The notes under the pieces were generated by a model that was not told where the DNA came from, searched no databases, and was given only the letters and a program-made list of their open reading frames with translations. Of a stretch of DNA of 64,000 nucleotides, positions 48,430 to 62,555 are shown piece by piece. This DNA is from Trichosphaerium sp. ATCC 40318 (Eukaryota > Protista > Tubulinea), in contig JALMLS010000035.1 of the NCBI GenBank assembly GCA_038496445.1, positions 1 through 64,000 on the forward strand, in the 5' to 3' direction. The position numbers and the translations under genes were made by a program. The first letter of the stretch is position 1; each line of letters starts with the position of its first letter.

Positions 48430-51400
48430 ATGGGAAACAAGGCTACTAGTATAGATGGTGGTGGTACAACACTACTTCAAGATATTAACGGCGTGCAGCA
48501 TTTGAGTACGTTGTGCTTGCATGTCTGTTCAAAATGAAAAAAACCGACTTACAAATGTAGTAATTCCATGGAAAGAGTTAAAACTATCAAGTACGAGCAA
48601 CGTAGACGCAAAAACAGCGTATTAAATATGTTTAGGTTACGTACTCGGGCGTGGCAAATATTGCAAGGCTGAGAAGGTTACCTGCCACCGTACTAAGAAG
48701 GCATGATGACTTCTTTATTGTTTTATTGGACCTTGAAATTGTTAATCTCAAATTAGGAACCGGTAGCGTTGAAGTTATGGAAAGAGCCTGTAGACGCCAA
48801 GAGATTTTGGAATGAAGTGCTTGTGACGAGGTACTCTATTTCTTTTTACGTAATCGAAAAAACGTACCTACCGGATTCAATCGACTAATTTTTGCTTACC
48901 AAGGCGCTTATGTCATCCTAATATAGCAATGTTCAAAGGCTACGTATACGATGAGAAGCATTGTGGGTTACTTGTAGAATACACGGACCTTGGTAACTTT
49001 TTCAAAAAAACAGAAAATTGATCGCTACAACTCCTTGTTATTTATCTGGTCTTACTTACTACAAGGTCTTCTATCTGATGTGTTACATAAGAGTTCGTCA
49101 GCACTTCATAATATCAAAGACACGCTTATTGTCAAGTTTGGAAAGGTAAAAAAAGAACCATCGAAAGTTTCGATTACAATTGAATTTCTTTCGCTTATTT
49201 ATTACCTCAGGATATTGCACATGGTCTAGAGTACCTACATACTGAATTACACCTCATTCACCGTGATTTACGACCTCATAATATTGTGGTATGATTATTA
49301 ACATTTTCAACGAATGTTTTGTTGTGTAGTTGTAGAATTTAATTATTGCAACATAGGTCAAGTCTATAAATCCAAATGATGAAATACACCTGATGCTTAC
49401 GGACCTTGGAACAGCTAGAAACTATAAACATGTTGAAAACAAAGGTAATGACATCATTGTAGTATTGTAAATAATCTTTTAATGTAGCAAACCTTGTTAC
49501 ACGTATTGATACCAGTGAATGGTTGGACGGGCATCTTAAAACAGGTAATAATTTTCCCTGTCAAAGTCAAAAAGAAGCTAAAAAAAATTGTCTTCTTTTT
49601 TAGGCGATTATGCAATGTACACAAACACAATAGATATTTATTCGTTTGGTATTGTGATGTGTGAGATTATTTCAAACGAAATCCCAGAACATGGATACCT
49701 TCCTCCAGAATTATTACTTTCTATTGGAGCCAAGTTGGTGCGTTACACATTGTTTTCAAGACTGTTTTTTTAAGAGCTTATACAAAAAAAGGCCGATATG
49801 AAAATGAAGACACATGATGCTGTTGGTAGTGTTCAATCTCTTATGGAATCACACTCTAAGAAATCAAATCATCCTGTTACATTCCCTTTACCTTCCAATT
49901 GCCCTCCAGGCCTTGGTACTATCATACAAAAAGTACTTTGATGTCACTCGAAGAAGCCCAACCTAACCTTCTATAGTGTTGTAACATGTCACCTATGGAG
50001 CGACCAAATCCGAAAGAACTCCTCAATTTATTACTGGTACGATTGAATTGTTTTCGGTCAGGCCTGTTAACCTTTGTATAAAGAGATTTGAACATTCTGA
50101 ATCAATTGATCGTGCAAATGATGTTACAAGACGAGTTGTTACAGAGAGATTGTCAAGGTATCAACAAGGAAAACGTGATGTATGTTTAAGCATTTTATAG
50201 GAGGAAAATTGCTTTGATAAAACAACTAGCTCACTTGTTGAGTTATTTGACGACTCTGGAGGCTGATACAAAAGTATTTGATAAATGCTCGTTATTATTT
50301 TATTTTTGCTAAGTTTTTGCATAGATTGATGTACAAGACTTGTTAATTGTATTAAGACAATCTATTGTTGCTTTAAAAAATAGTGACATGCCAATGGGAG
50401 GCCATTTGAGTAAGTGTCACGAACAAAGAATAACTAGATTGAAAATTGGTTACTTATTTTTTTGTTTTTTAGCTCAACTGGAAAACATTGTGAGGGAGTA
50501 TGATGCGTTGATTCCAAAAGAAGTTGGTCCTGAAGGTAGAATTATAAAGAAATCAAAGTGGTTTTGGACGCGGTGGACAAGAAAAAAGAGGTCAAGGGCA
50601 AACTTGGAACGTATAAATGGTTTACTTCAACATAAAATCCAAGAATTCACTGATCTGTACCCTTCTGCTCCTCAAAAACGAGCTACTTCGTCTATGAGCA
50701 CACCTTCAGATTTGGATTCACCAAATAGGCTAACAGCAGACTCATCTGGATCTCCATTGAGTCCACGTGTTAACCCATACTTGACAAATTCAGGACTTGT
50801 CCCAGTACGGCCTAATGTGTACGGCTATTGCGTTTTCTCTTTGTCTAACATGTTTTTAAAAGAACTACTGGAAGGCCTCTAGCGAATAGCATTAGTGTAC
50901 CTAACACTGCAAGGCGCCCTCGTAAGTGGTTAATTTGAATATAGAGAATGTTAACCCCTTTAAAATAGCGCCTGCTATTTCTACTCCAAACAAACGTACT
51001 CAATCAATTATTCCTGAAGCGCTTGGTCAAGGATCTACATTTTTCTTAAGGCGAGTTACATCACCTGCAGGAGAACTACCAGCAATGGAAGGCGGTCGCC
51101 CTTGTACGTACTTTACACCAAAGCTAGTTTTTTTATAGTTTCTTCAACACCCTTTATTGTACTTACATTAATATTTAAGCTGGTGGCCCTCGTGTCCTTG
51201 CCAAGGGAATGGGCGTAGGTGCTAGTTTTGGTAGTACGTTTATCTATCTATCTATGTTCAAGTATTTCGTATTGATGTTGATCTCTGCTAACAAGTCGCT
51301 TCAGTGAACGTTGGTATGGGAGATGTACCTAATGTACCAACAAAAACAACAATAGATCCTTCTCGTACTATTAGTATGCCTCCGAAACTAGAAATGCGTG

Positions 51401-53601
51401 TTCAGAGTAAACAGAAGAAAGACAAAAAAACCATAAAACTTGGTAGTCTTATTCCTCTCAACCTCAGTCGTGGAAAGAAAACAGGAGCTGATAGTGAACC
51501 AATTAATCAGCCTTCTATAGAAGAAGCTGGTGGAGACAATGTAGGATTTAATGTGAGACCCAGAGTGGAGTCTGTTGCCGCACACGTACACAACAGCCCA
51601 CTTCAGGATGCACCACAAGTACCTAGTAAACAATTCGTACGATGATAATATTGGATGTTTGTCTTTCTAACCGTAGATGAAGGTATATGATGACACTGGG
51701 AGTGATGGAACTGATGCTACTTTACAAGACACAGATTCTTATAGTGATAACTATTCTGATTCTGAGGTACCCTCTTAGAGCTTTTTGTGTACTATTCATG
51801 TTGTTTATTCTTTTTTTAGGCCGAGGAGAATACTTTCGGTGTTGATACTCTTTCGTTCCCTGTTGAGGAGTTGGAAAAGATGCGACAGTTCAATACAGAG
51901 CAGTCTCGTTTAGAACAAGTCCATGAGAGCGAATTAGCAGCTTTACGAGCTGATCTATCTACTCAAACACCTGATGCAGCCAGAGCTGAAGCTCATATGC
52001 TTCAACAAGAGGAGCAAAGGAGTTTGATGTTAAAACAAAATGCTAAAGAAGAAAAACTCTTCAGAGAGCTAGTCATAGCAGAGGAGCAAGCAAGTGCCAA
52101 GCATACATGGCAAAACGGTAAAAAAGATATCATAGAAGGAGATGAATACGTTGATTTACATACTGGAGCACTGGAAGAGTCATCTACACAGTATACAGAG
52201 ATTCCGCGTGTAGTAGAGGAGAAATCTGAGGCTGTACGTCTTATTTATCTACTCTTAGTTTTGTTTTCATGCTTATGGTTCTTTTAAAGCAACAACGTGA
52301 AGAACACGAGTTATTTGCTGTTATAAATTCTATTGCTGAGCAGAGCGTTGACTATCTAAAGATGTTATGGGACGTAGATGCTAAGAAGTTTTGGAAAAAG
52401 AACTTTGGCAATGTACGTTACTTTAGTAGTAATACCTTGATGTTACGTCTCGTGGGCGGCTTGGTTTGCCTTTTCCTTAACTTTTTTGTTTTTTGTAGAC
52501 TGGCTGTATTGCATGGGATGAGTTCATTGGTCCTATGACAAATCATTTTAACCTACAACCAGAGGATATTAATAACTTACAGAAGCTGCTAGGTACTTTT
52601 TTTTCTTTGTAAAACCAAACACGTTGAAACAATGAGACGCTTCCAAAGCTCAACTGCTTTGCAACTTGAACCCGGCAAAGATAGTGTTTTTATTGTTTAT
52701 ATTTTTTTGTAGATTACAACAAAGCTGGTTATGTTACCATGTACTCTTTTGCTTCTTATCTAGAAGGAAATGGACCATTCTCGGAGTGTATCGAGAAAAT
52801 GAACAGTTATTGTACAATGCCTTGGTTTCATTGGTTCGTTACACACGATGAGTGTGCTTTCTTCCTACAGCCCTTCCCTGTTGGTATGTTGTTATACAAA
52901 GCTATTTACATTACGTAACATCGATTATAACGTCGTTTAGGTGGGTTTGCTGTACGATTTAGTAAATCGAATCCAGGACATTTCGCCTTGTCCGTAAGGA
53001 CACCAACAGGAGTAGAACGTTGGCTTGTTGTTTCTAGCAGAGGTACAGCTATTTTTTTTTTGTGAAAAATACTTGGTTTTACTAAAGAACTTAAAGGTAC
53101 TGTTCGTGGCCGCTTCCAAGATGCCAACACGCCTACATTTAGTAATGTTGGTGCTTTTATTGATTTCTATATCAACGAAAAGCATTATCTATCACGTCCA
53201 TTTGTGGAACCTGCTATACAAGAAAGGTACAAACCAAGAATCTGTTTGGACACGTGTTTCGTGTTTTTTTTTCTGGTTTTTTTCTGCTTTTCCCTTGTTC
53301 GAAAGAATGGTTGGTTGATTATTTCTTTAGTTACTTCCGTGGGTTCCTATCTTCACAAGAGACTATTGATCTCATTAAGGATGAAACTTATGGTACTTTT
53401 ATTGTACGTTTATCTACTAGAGGAACGTACTATGTTATTGCATACAGTGATGCCAATGGTGTCATACAAGAGAAGATTCATGTTAAAGAAACAAACAGAT
53501 ATGTCTTAGAGAACCCTAAAGGGTTAAGGACTTTCTATGTTTCTTCTCTTGCTGAACTTATTGCAAATCGTACTCAAAGATATCAAATACCTTTCCAATA
53601 A
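48430..53601 (+). CDS. TKL-type protein kinase with a Cbl-like EF-hand and two C-terminal SH2 domains (Shk-like)
   Basis: MGNKATS myristoylation-like start; LGRGKYCK, VALK, IHRDLRPHN, TDLG, DIYSFGIVMCEI; DAKKFWKKNFG...WDEF; FAVRFSKSNPGHFALSV; GTFIVRLSTRG. Confidence 0.85.
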
Positions 53602-53860
53602 ATAAATGTATAACCCTTTGTAAAACAAAAACAATTGCATTCAATGACAATGAAATAGATAAACTCTGTAGTGCTGGTTTTCTTGGCAGAATAGAGTCCT
53701 GGTTTATGTTAATCCAGTTTTCAGCTTTCCAGAAAATAATCAGAACGGTTGCCGTTTCCACGTGAGAAAATAATTCTTTCGCAATCTGAGCATTAGCAAC
53801 GCTGAAGATTATACAGTAGCCTGAGCGAGCCATGCTCGCAGTAGTTTCCTTATTTAAATC

Positions 53861-54016
53861 AACGTGATGTATCAGTCAATTGGTAGAGCATTAGACACAA
53901 GATCTAACGGTCACGTACTCAATCCACAATTACGTTACAAGTCACCGTGATGAATCAGTTGGTAGAGTGTTACAATAAAGATCTAACGGTCATGTGATCA
54001 AACTGTCTTCACGGTC
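53861..54016 (+). pseudogene. Tandem pair of decayed tRNA-Phe-derived copies
   Basis: tggtagagcattagacacaagatctaacggtcacgt and tggtagagtgttacaataaagatctaacggtcatgtgatcaa align to the 46138 tRNA. Confidence 0.8.
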
Positions 54017-54411
54017 TATACAAGTTATAATCTTGTTTATTTACAATAAGCACATGATAATAAATAAACAATATTTGTAGTAAGCAAGGTAAGAACAATT
54101 AGTGTTCTTGTATTAGTATTGGATTGTTTGGATTGTTTGTAAGTCAAACGTCTTTGGAAGGATTTCAGTCCTATTGTGAGTCAAAACACTCAACAATGGC
54201 GCTCACAGTTGTCTCGTGACCATTTTGAGTATCACAAAAGTCTTGTTAAGTACTCCTCAAATGATGTGATGGTGATGATCCATCAATGGGTGATGCTGTA
54301 TGCCGATCTTGTGGTTGTGAATGAAAAATTTGCTATGGTAAATAGTGAGCTTGGTTGAAAAACCCTTGTTTATGTTGTGCACCTTTCTCTTTTTTTTTTT
54401 TCACTGGCTAT

Positions 54412-56768
54412 CTATTTTTTGAGCATCTCTGCAATCTCTAGTACAGTGATACGTTTCTTAGGGTCAGGATTTCGACACTGCTCCATGAGATACTACAGAA
54501 AGTAAGTCATGGTAAAACGCAGACAGAAATTAGTGGTTCACTTAAAAAAAATGAAGCACACGATAGGATTTTGTTAAAAAGGAGCAAAATTTGGTGTTTT
54601 TTCAATACAACAGTTGGGCTTGCAAGAAGAATAAATATGAAATCGGAAAGACTTTAGATCATGTATCTAAGTAAGTGAACGTGACAGCTCAACCAGTTGA
54701 GCTTTAGAATGAAGATCTAACGGACACGTGATCAACTCAGCCGCACTGCATTATAATAACGTGATAACTCAATCGTGTGAGTGTTAGAATAAGGCTCTAA
54801 CGCTCACATGACCAAGTCGGCCACAACTGTTTAAACAGTCCAAGAAAGACTAATATTCAAAAAAACATTTGCGTTAACAAACCTTTAGTATCACAGGTGA
54901 ATCATCCGGCATCTCTAATGTTGGTAAAGTACCAACTTTTGTAGCCATAGCTACATCTATATTATCCATTCTGGATAAGGTTCATGTAACGTAACCTAAA
55001 AGAACAACAATTAAAAACTCATAAGCCTTGGTGCTAGTAAAAAAAAATTACGTACAACTTCGTAAAGCATTGTACCGAACATATACACATCACTAGCTTC
55101 AGAATATTTCTTTTCTAGTATTGATTCAGGCGCCATGTACTTAAATAAGTGTTAGCGCCGTATGAAAAGGTGAACAAACACATGAGTTGATGTAAGATTT
55201 AGGCGCTGTAACAACGAGAGTTGTAGTGAAGCACTACCCTACTAATTGTGGAAGAGTGATTATATTATATCAGGATTACGTGTCTATTTCGTACCATTGC
55301 CATATATCTGTTTCATTTAGAGTACCCCAGTAATTGTAAGGCATAGGTGCTTTCATGGATCCATTTGTTGATACCAAAGGAAAAGAACAATTTGTAAGTG
55401 AGTTATTTGCAAACCTAGCATAACTATAATCGATCCTGTCCAACCCTTGGGCATTATAATGTATTTTATTATAGCTTATAGTTGTCTTCGAAGAATACGA
55501 GCTATCTTTAAATGCCTGTTGAATTTAAATGAGAGATATATGTATAAATATTATTGTGGATGTTATTCATTTCCACTTGTTTTTTAATGCATTGTCATAC
55601 TCTATCCACTGAAAACAGAGTCTCGAAAATGAAGAAGACTTTGTGTCAAATGGTAGAGAGTTACGTAGAACATAGAATGAGGAAAAAAACTGTAAAGAGA
55701 ATTTCAATAATTCAAAAAAAATACAAAATGACGTCAATGACTTTTTAACCAATGTGCGCGAAATACTCGCTTTTTATCGTGTCTGTTATTTTTCAGGAAC
55801 ACAGTGTTGTGTTGCAAAAACAATAAAGTGAAAATAAAGGAATTAGAATGGTAGTACGTACTGCAAAATTCCATATAATCAGATTTTCTGTAACATGAAC
55901 ATCATACGTGCCACAGGAAATACCAACAGCATTGTGACTCAAGTAGTTACCAACTGTATTTACTGCGCCTCCAAGAATAGCATAATCATTATTAAAGAAT
56001 GCATTATTAGTGACATTGATGATAATACCGTCACTTATAATACCGGAATGAGAGTTAAAAAAAATATTATTTTTAAATGAAGTGCTCCGATATTTGAATC
56101 TAAAGGCTTCCTGCGTATTTTAATATCGAATTAATCACTTGATAAGGGCAACCACCAATAGACTCTGACTTGTCGATACTGATAAACAAAGAAATACGTA
56201 AGTGAGACATAGTTTTTTGGGAAGAAAGGAAAGAAGAAAACAAAAACGCCTATTTCTGATCACAACCTGGACTTTGACGTACATTGATACGCCATCAAAT
56301 CGCATACGTTATAGATACGTCACCGTACATATCTAGCGGTTTACAATTAGGAACTCCTAAAAAGGTGCGTTAGGATGAAAAAGATACAGAAAAAGCCAGT
56401 ACTACGCACTAATAGTTTAACTGGCTTCTGTTTGGTGCCGCGTATTTCGAGGTCCTTTGTGACGAGATGATGACATTCTAACGATAGTTCCAGCTTCAAT
56501 GAGATGAGCTTGTCGTAGATCATGTCGGTTGTAATAACAGTAATTGGGCTATCAGCTGCTGTCCACTATTATACGCTATCAGCAATTGTAATAGGTGAAA
56601 TAAGCTATTGTAGGCGCAAGTAAAAGAGTTCAGGAAGTTGATGCATTGAAAAAGCGGCTATTTACGCCTGTAACCGTTCCTAGTATGACGTACTGTAGTT
56701 TTAACATTCCTTGCTGCTACCCAACTACATGTTGCTACAAAAATTATAACAACATACAGAGGTGTCAT
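54412..56768 (-). pseudogene. Degenerate receptor-like protein kinase (signal peptide, TM segment, kinase C-lobe)
   Basis: YMAPESILEKKYSEASDVYMFGTMLYE; frameshift at HEPYP/MDNIDVA near 54972; LMEQCRNPDPKKR. No N-lobe, HRD or DFG motif seen. Confidence 0.6.
54678..54830 (+). pseudogene. Second tandem pair of decayed tRNA-Phe-derived copies, inside a kinase-pseudogene intron
   Basis: cgtgacagctca...ttagaatgaagatctaacggacacgtgatcaa and cgtgataactca...gtgttagaataaggctctaacg. Confidence 0.75.
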
Positions 56769-56868
56769 AGATGCACTTGAGTCAACGCCTTGATGTAAAG
56801 GCTGAAGAATACTGATTGTACCAACTTAACTTCAAGCCACTTGAACGACATCGCACGTTATTAATACA

Positions 56869-59295
56869 ATGCGCTACGCTGGTGGGTGTGCTATTATTTT
56901 GCTATTATCATGCATAGCTCTTGCCCAAGGAGGTGTAATAAAGTATAAACACAAAAACGCACGCTATCTTACTCTCATAACCTGTGGTAACATAAATATA
57001 GATGCCGTTAAATTTTGAAACGCTGTATCAAACTGTGAGCATGTGGAGCCTGGAAGATTCTCCGTCTGGACACGAGGAACCTTATATACACCTCTCGTGT
57101 GCGTGTAAAAGAAAAAAAATCCCTTGAACTGAACAATATAACAAGACACGATCAACAAGCGTCCAATGACGCGTGGTGAGGGCTTAGTTCAATTTTGGCT
57201 GTTTACAGAGCAAAACCACATGGACTTTACTGTACGGCAACTACAAATACTCTAGGCACCTAGAAGGCACTTTTTAACACAAAATAGCTTGAATGGATGT
57301 TCAACAGAAAGGAATGCCCACCAAACTCAATGGCTTTGTTTCCAGAGACAGGAAGGATAAACGAGAATACATTATTTTCATGGTTTTACAATTACACCGA
57401 TGATTCTGCTGCGGCCATAGCAACTGTAGAAGAGGTACGATATACAGTTTCTACGCACGCTGTTTGCGCCCAGACCACTAAAACGTGGTTTGAAGTAATA
57501 AATTATTAATTCGTTTCTGTTTCAGCGTATTTTGGTAACAGAGTCGTCTCCTTGGAACCTTGTTATCATTCATTGTGGTCATGATGAAGAAACTGAAGGA
57601 GTAGTGTTAGATGGGTACTCTGAATGGAAGAATCCTTATGGTTATGTTGAAGCAGACTCATACCCGCTGTTGATTGTACTACCATCTTTTTTTTTCTTCT
57701 CAAAACAATCAAACCGAACACTTTTCTTTGTTTACCATCGATGCCAAATATCTTGCTCTCTTTTACTAGTTTTTTATTTCTTTCATTAAAATTGAGAGCC
57801 CTGGGATGTGCTTAGTGTAATTAATGGTATGATTTAGGCTTGGCCGATTCTTGCTGTTAGTTATTTAGTAATGCTTGTATTTTTGTTATATTGGCTTTGC
57901 ATGAGAAGACATAACTACTATTCGGTGACAAGAGAAGTTCGCTTGTATATATTTACTACTGTTATAATTGGTGTTGTATGTCTTTTGTTACTCAGTATTA
58001 ACATACACATGTACAACAGAAGTGGAGAAAACAGTACGTTGTTGATTTTCGCTCAAAACGAAATTACCTTCAGATGATTTTTTTCTTTCTTCTTATGTTC
58101 TTACTATTTAGTGTCTATCCTTTTGGTCATATCTGGTATTTGTTTTGGTATACAGAGGACAATTTTCCGTTTATTTACGATGATCTTTGCCACTGGCTAT
58201 CCACACCTAAGGTAACGTACTCTTGAATAAACAAAATCTTTATAGCTTTTTGATATCTGACTTACCCTTATTAGCTCTCGGCTATCTACGAAGTTTAAGT
58301 TCTTTGTAACTGTATTATTGACCCTGTATTTTGGTGGAAGTACCGCTATGGATTTGATGGATACTATATTGAAGCAACAGATGCCAAGTGTTACAGAAAT
58401 TACATTACCATTCTTGCTTACAGCAATTGATATTATCATTGGCGTTTGGGTACGCACAACTTGACTATTGTCTGGATTTTTCCTTTGTTGGTTTTAGTAG
58501 TTCCTAGCTACTCAACTTACATCTTATAACGCTATTTATAATGGTGTTATGGTTGATGTGTTGATAGATGTAGTTATTTGACAAAACCACGTGTTTTTTT
58601 TCTCACTTACTTAGGTATATTTTGGCCTCTACCGAGGTTATGGAGTTTTGAAGAGATTAGGAAATGATAAGTGGGTAGATTTTTATAAACACTTTTCTGT
58701 ATTATTTGCTGTTATCATCACACTTGGCCTTCTAGCAACATATGGTCACGCGTAAGTTGACACTTCACAACACGTGTTTACTGACAGCTTTCTCATTTTT
58801 TTATCATTTTTTCCGTTTGCAGTCAATTGTTATTTTAACTGTGACCATAGTATATGGACTGTATTAGATACAGGAACATTATATTGGCAAATGTGGTGGG
58901 TTGTTGATGCATATTGGCATCTACACTACCTGTTTATTGCAATCAGTTTGTACTATTTGTTTCACCCAACACATCCAAAATACTGGCTAGCTCAGCCAAT
59001 ACAACTTGATAGTACGTTTTTAGCCTCTCTATTACCCTTCTCTATCATTTCTTCGTTTACTTATTTCTTTCAGTTCTAGATGATGAAGTACGTGAGTCTC
59101 CTTTAATAGATGAATCTCAGAAGGTCATTGAAGTGCGTTAAAGTTTTCTTAACTAAACTGAACCAACAACTATTGACTGTTTACAAATTTCCTTTGTTTT
59201 GTTTTACTGCTGTACTGTTATTAAACTTTTTTATTTAGGCTGTAATAAGTAGTGATGAGCTTGATGATATGGAAGATTTCGATATTAGGTCATAA
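56869..59295 (+). CDS. GOST/LUSTR seven-TM protein (GPR107/108/TMEM87-like)
   Basis: Signal peptide; luminal domain ending in WKNPYGYVEADSYPLL; multiple TM segments; WWVVDAYWH...YYLFHP; acidic tail. Confidence 0.8.
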
Positions 59296-59809
59296 ATGGA
59301 TTTCGGGTTTTCTAGAAAACCAAGTAGTGTAACATACATAGTAAACGTTGTTTCTTTTGAGAGTGCTTAGAGAATAATAGTGGTTTACGTAATGTTAAGC
59401 AATGGATCACAAAGTTTATCAAAAAAAGTGCTAGTTTACGCTGATCACGTGTTAGGTGCGTTTTCCTGTTTTCTGCGTTTAAGACTTCTGCGAGGTCTTA
59501 TACCTACCAATGGACATATAAAGGTGGGTAAGGATGTTTTTAGAATAGTTTAAGCGCCTAGTGTGAGCTGTGTGAAAGTAAAAAACCGTAGGACGGAAGT
59601 TGACTTCGCCAGTGATGGCATCAAACAATCATATTTTAATTTACGCGGCACACTGCCTCGCTGGAATACATCCCGTTTTTTGGTACATTAGGTATGGTTT
59701 TTATTTTCTAAAGTTGTAGCTAACGAAAGCCAGCAGACCTTCAAATATAATGTACTCACGTGCTACCACACCATACAACTCTCCACGGGCGCGCTTGCCT
59801 TATTTTGTA

Positions 59810-61808
59810 ATGCTTGCTCGCGCACTTATTACATTGTATTTTGCGTCACAAGTGTATTGTCTAACAGTAACAGGTCCTTCAGGGGACAGGTACAAAAATC
59901 AGATTTTCACGCTACACAAAGAACTTTCACAGCATTGTCCGTTTCAGTCAGTTAGTCAGTTATTTTCGCTCTGGAAGCGCTTTATTTGTTGTAGTATTCT
60001 TGGATTGGTGCACTTGTAACAAAAAATTAAGCGACGAAAGAAATAACTAGCTGACTATGTTGACTGAAATAAATTTTTTTTTCATCAAAATAACTTAACT
60101 ATGCTGCATACTAAGGAAAACGCTGGTTCATTCTGATAATAGTAATTAAATACCTTCTTACGTATGTTACAGAGATTCTTTTAATAGGCCAACGTGGAGT
60201 TTTGGAGGCGATGCGTACCAACAAGCAAGACAAAAACTTGGTATTCATTTCAAAAACCCCAGCGTAAAACTCACTGTAGTTTTAGCAGATGAAGGCCATA
60301 TGGTTAATACAAGCGATATCATATCGCAACAGTTTTTATCCACTTCAGATATATTTATATCAGGTGTTATGGATGATATGAATGAAGAGAATATTATTTT
60401 GAATTGGGTTTCTCTAGGTAACTTAGCATACTTAATGTGCGATAGGGCTGAGCAAAGCTATTGTAATAAAATCTTGCCAGGTATGATGACTGTTATCTTG
60501 CTATTATGATATGTAACTTAAAATTTCAGAAATACTCGCTAGCGATAACGAGTTTTGTGATTGTGTTTCAGACAGAGAAGTACAGCCAATCTTTAAATTT
60601 GCTGTTTTTAATCTTGTTTTCGTAGAACGTCTACGTTTTGGTAGATCATCCTTTATTTGGAAATATCACAGTAGATAACTCTATTCCTATAGAAACGAGA
60701 ACAGGTACTATTAAAAGCACATTGTTTCAAGTGTAATAAATTTTGAGTAAGTTCAATTTAATGTCGACTCAACACGTTTGACACTTGTGGTTCTTGCTTC
60801 TTATGAACGAGATTCTGTTGTTCCTGCAATAATTGAAGTCACATGGGGTTTGGGCAAAGTGATACTTATTGGAGACGGTGGTATATTCTCAGATGACTTT
60901 TTTGGAATGCCTGTAACACAACACGTTTTCGACAATGCTATTAGCAACGGTACTCAGCAAACAAATACGTAACTCTTCTCACAAGCAACATAAGCGCAAG
61001 AAATTATATCATGGCCTCCTACTAAAACAATTCCTACTCTACCTCCAACTACAGTTTCACCAACTACAACAGCACCAATGGCTCTTTTTAATGTACAAGT
61101 TAAACATCGAAGAACCAGAACTGATCATTTAATAGGACAGTTTGGTTGTTACTTCCGATATAGTGATTGCGGAAACAACAACTATTATAGGCAATCTAAA
61201 AATAATTAATAACAGTACTCTACGTATCAGTCAAGATACTGTTGTTACAGTTATAGGTACGAAAGAACCAAAGAATTAAAAGATGGTTGGAAAACTGTTT
61301 CAAACCAAACTTACCAAAACCGGGATAACACATTTTAAACAAATAGCCGTATTTCTTGTGACAGTTTTTAGCTAAATGACCCTTTGTCAGATTCTACGCT
61401 CCTTTTAGAGCAAAAAAAAGCCGAGTCAGATTCTTTTTTTATTAAAATTATGATATATTTCACGTTACCACACTTCTACAAAAACAACACGTTTTACTAA
61501 AATGTTACAAAGGATGTTTGGAAACTGGGGGCGGAAATCTTGAAATACAATTTGACAAAACAAGTCTTGCTGATGGAGAAAAACGAGAATTCATCAAATA
61601 CAATTGCCTTCTTTCTACATTTTCAGATATAAGTGTAGTGACAAGTAATCAATGCAAGGATGTAGGTATTGCCAGTTCAGAGTATAGTGCAACAAGTCTT
61701 TTTCTTGTGTTTTCTGTAAAAGACACTTGCTCTCAGAGTAGTTCTGGACATGGTATCACATGGTGGGGTGTTCTATTAATAGTTATTGTAGTTGGGTTGA
61801 TTAGGTGA
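59810..61808 (+). CDS. Signal-peptide-containing type I membrane protein with a GATase/IFT52-like segment and a Pro/Thr linker
   Basis: MLARALITLYFASQVYC; WGLGKVILIGDGGIFSDD; PTLPPTTVSPTT; TM WWGVLLIVIVVG. 3' end uncertain. Confidence 0.55.
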
Positions 61809-62199
61809 AATAAAAATAGCCTGTTATGAGACTTTACAAGTGTCTTATGTTGTTCCACGCTTATCACGCCAAGTAAATGTGCTTGAGATGCTTTTTGTGC
61901 TATAGTAACTCAATTAACACTTACTGTGGTAAAAGTTACAAAGTATATGACTTTCTATGCGTGGAAATGGTTTTAGACTTGAAAGTATAAATTGAGATGC
62001 CTTATTTGATGAAGTCCACGCTCAGAATTCTTTTGTAAAACCCTAGAACTAGAAATAGCAGCTAGAAGTTATTGCTTTAGGCAGCCTACAAGGGCGCTCA
62101 GGACAGAGCAAACAACTGTTCTGTATTTTAATGGCAGAAATGAGGTGCCAACAAAAAAGACCTTTATTATGTATCCGTTGGACAGTATGTAGAGTATTA

Positions 62200-62429
62200 T
62201 AACACTTTTCTGTACTATTCGCTGTTATCGTCACACTTGGCCTTCTAGCAACATATGTTCACGCGTAAGTTGACACTTTACAACACGTGTTTACTGACAG
62301 CTTTCTCTTTTTTTTCATCATTTTTTCCGAGTGTTTGCAGTCACTTGTTTGTTATTTTAACTGCCCATAGTATATGGACTGTATTAGATACAGGAACATT
62401 ATATTGGCAAATGTGGTGGGTTGTTGATG
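62200..62429 (+). repeat. Duplicated exon-intron-exon fragment of the GPR107/TMEM87-like gene (58688-58909)
   Basis: acacttttctgta...cacacttggccttctagcaacatatg...gtaagttgacac...catagtatatggactgtattagatacaggaacattatattggcaaatgtggtgggttgttgatg is present at both loci. Confidence 0.95.
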
Positions 62430-62555
62430 TAATACCTTTTTATTGCAAGCAGTACTAACGTAATTTGTTGAAGCGTTAAGCCGCGTTGACTTGACCGAAA
62501 GGTATTTTCTCGCAGTTACTTGACCTCGTTAGACTACCTTTACTACTCACCGCAC

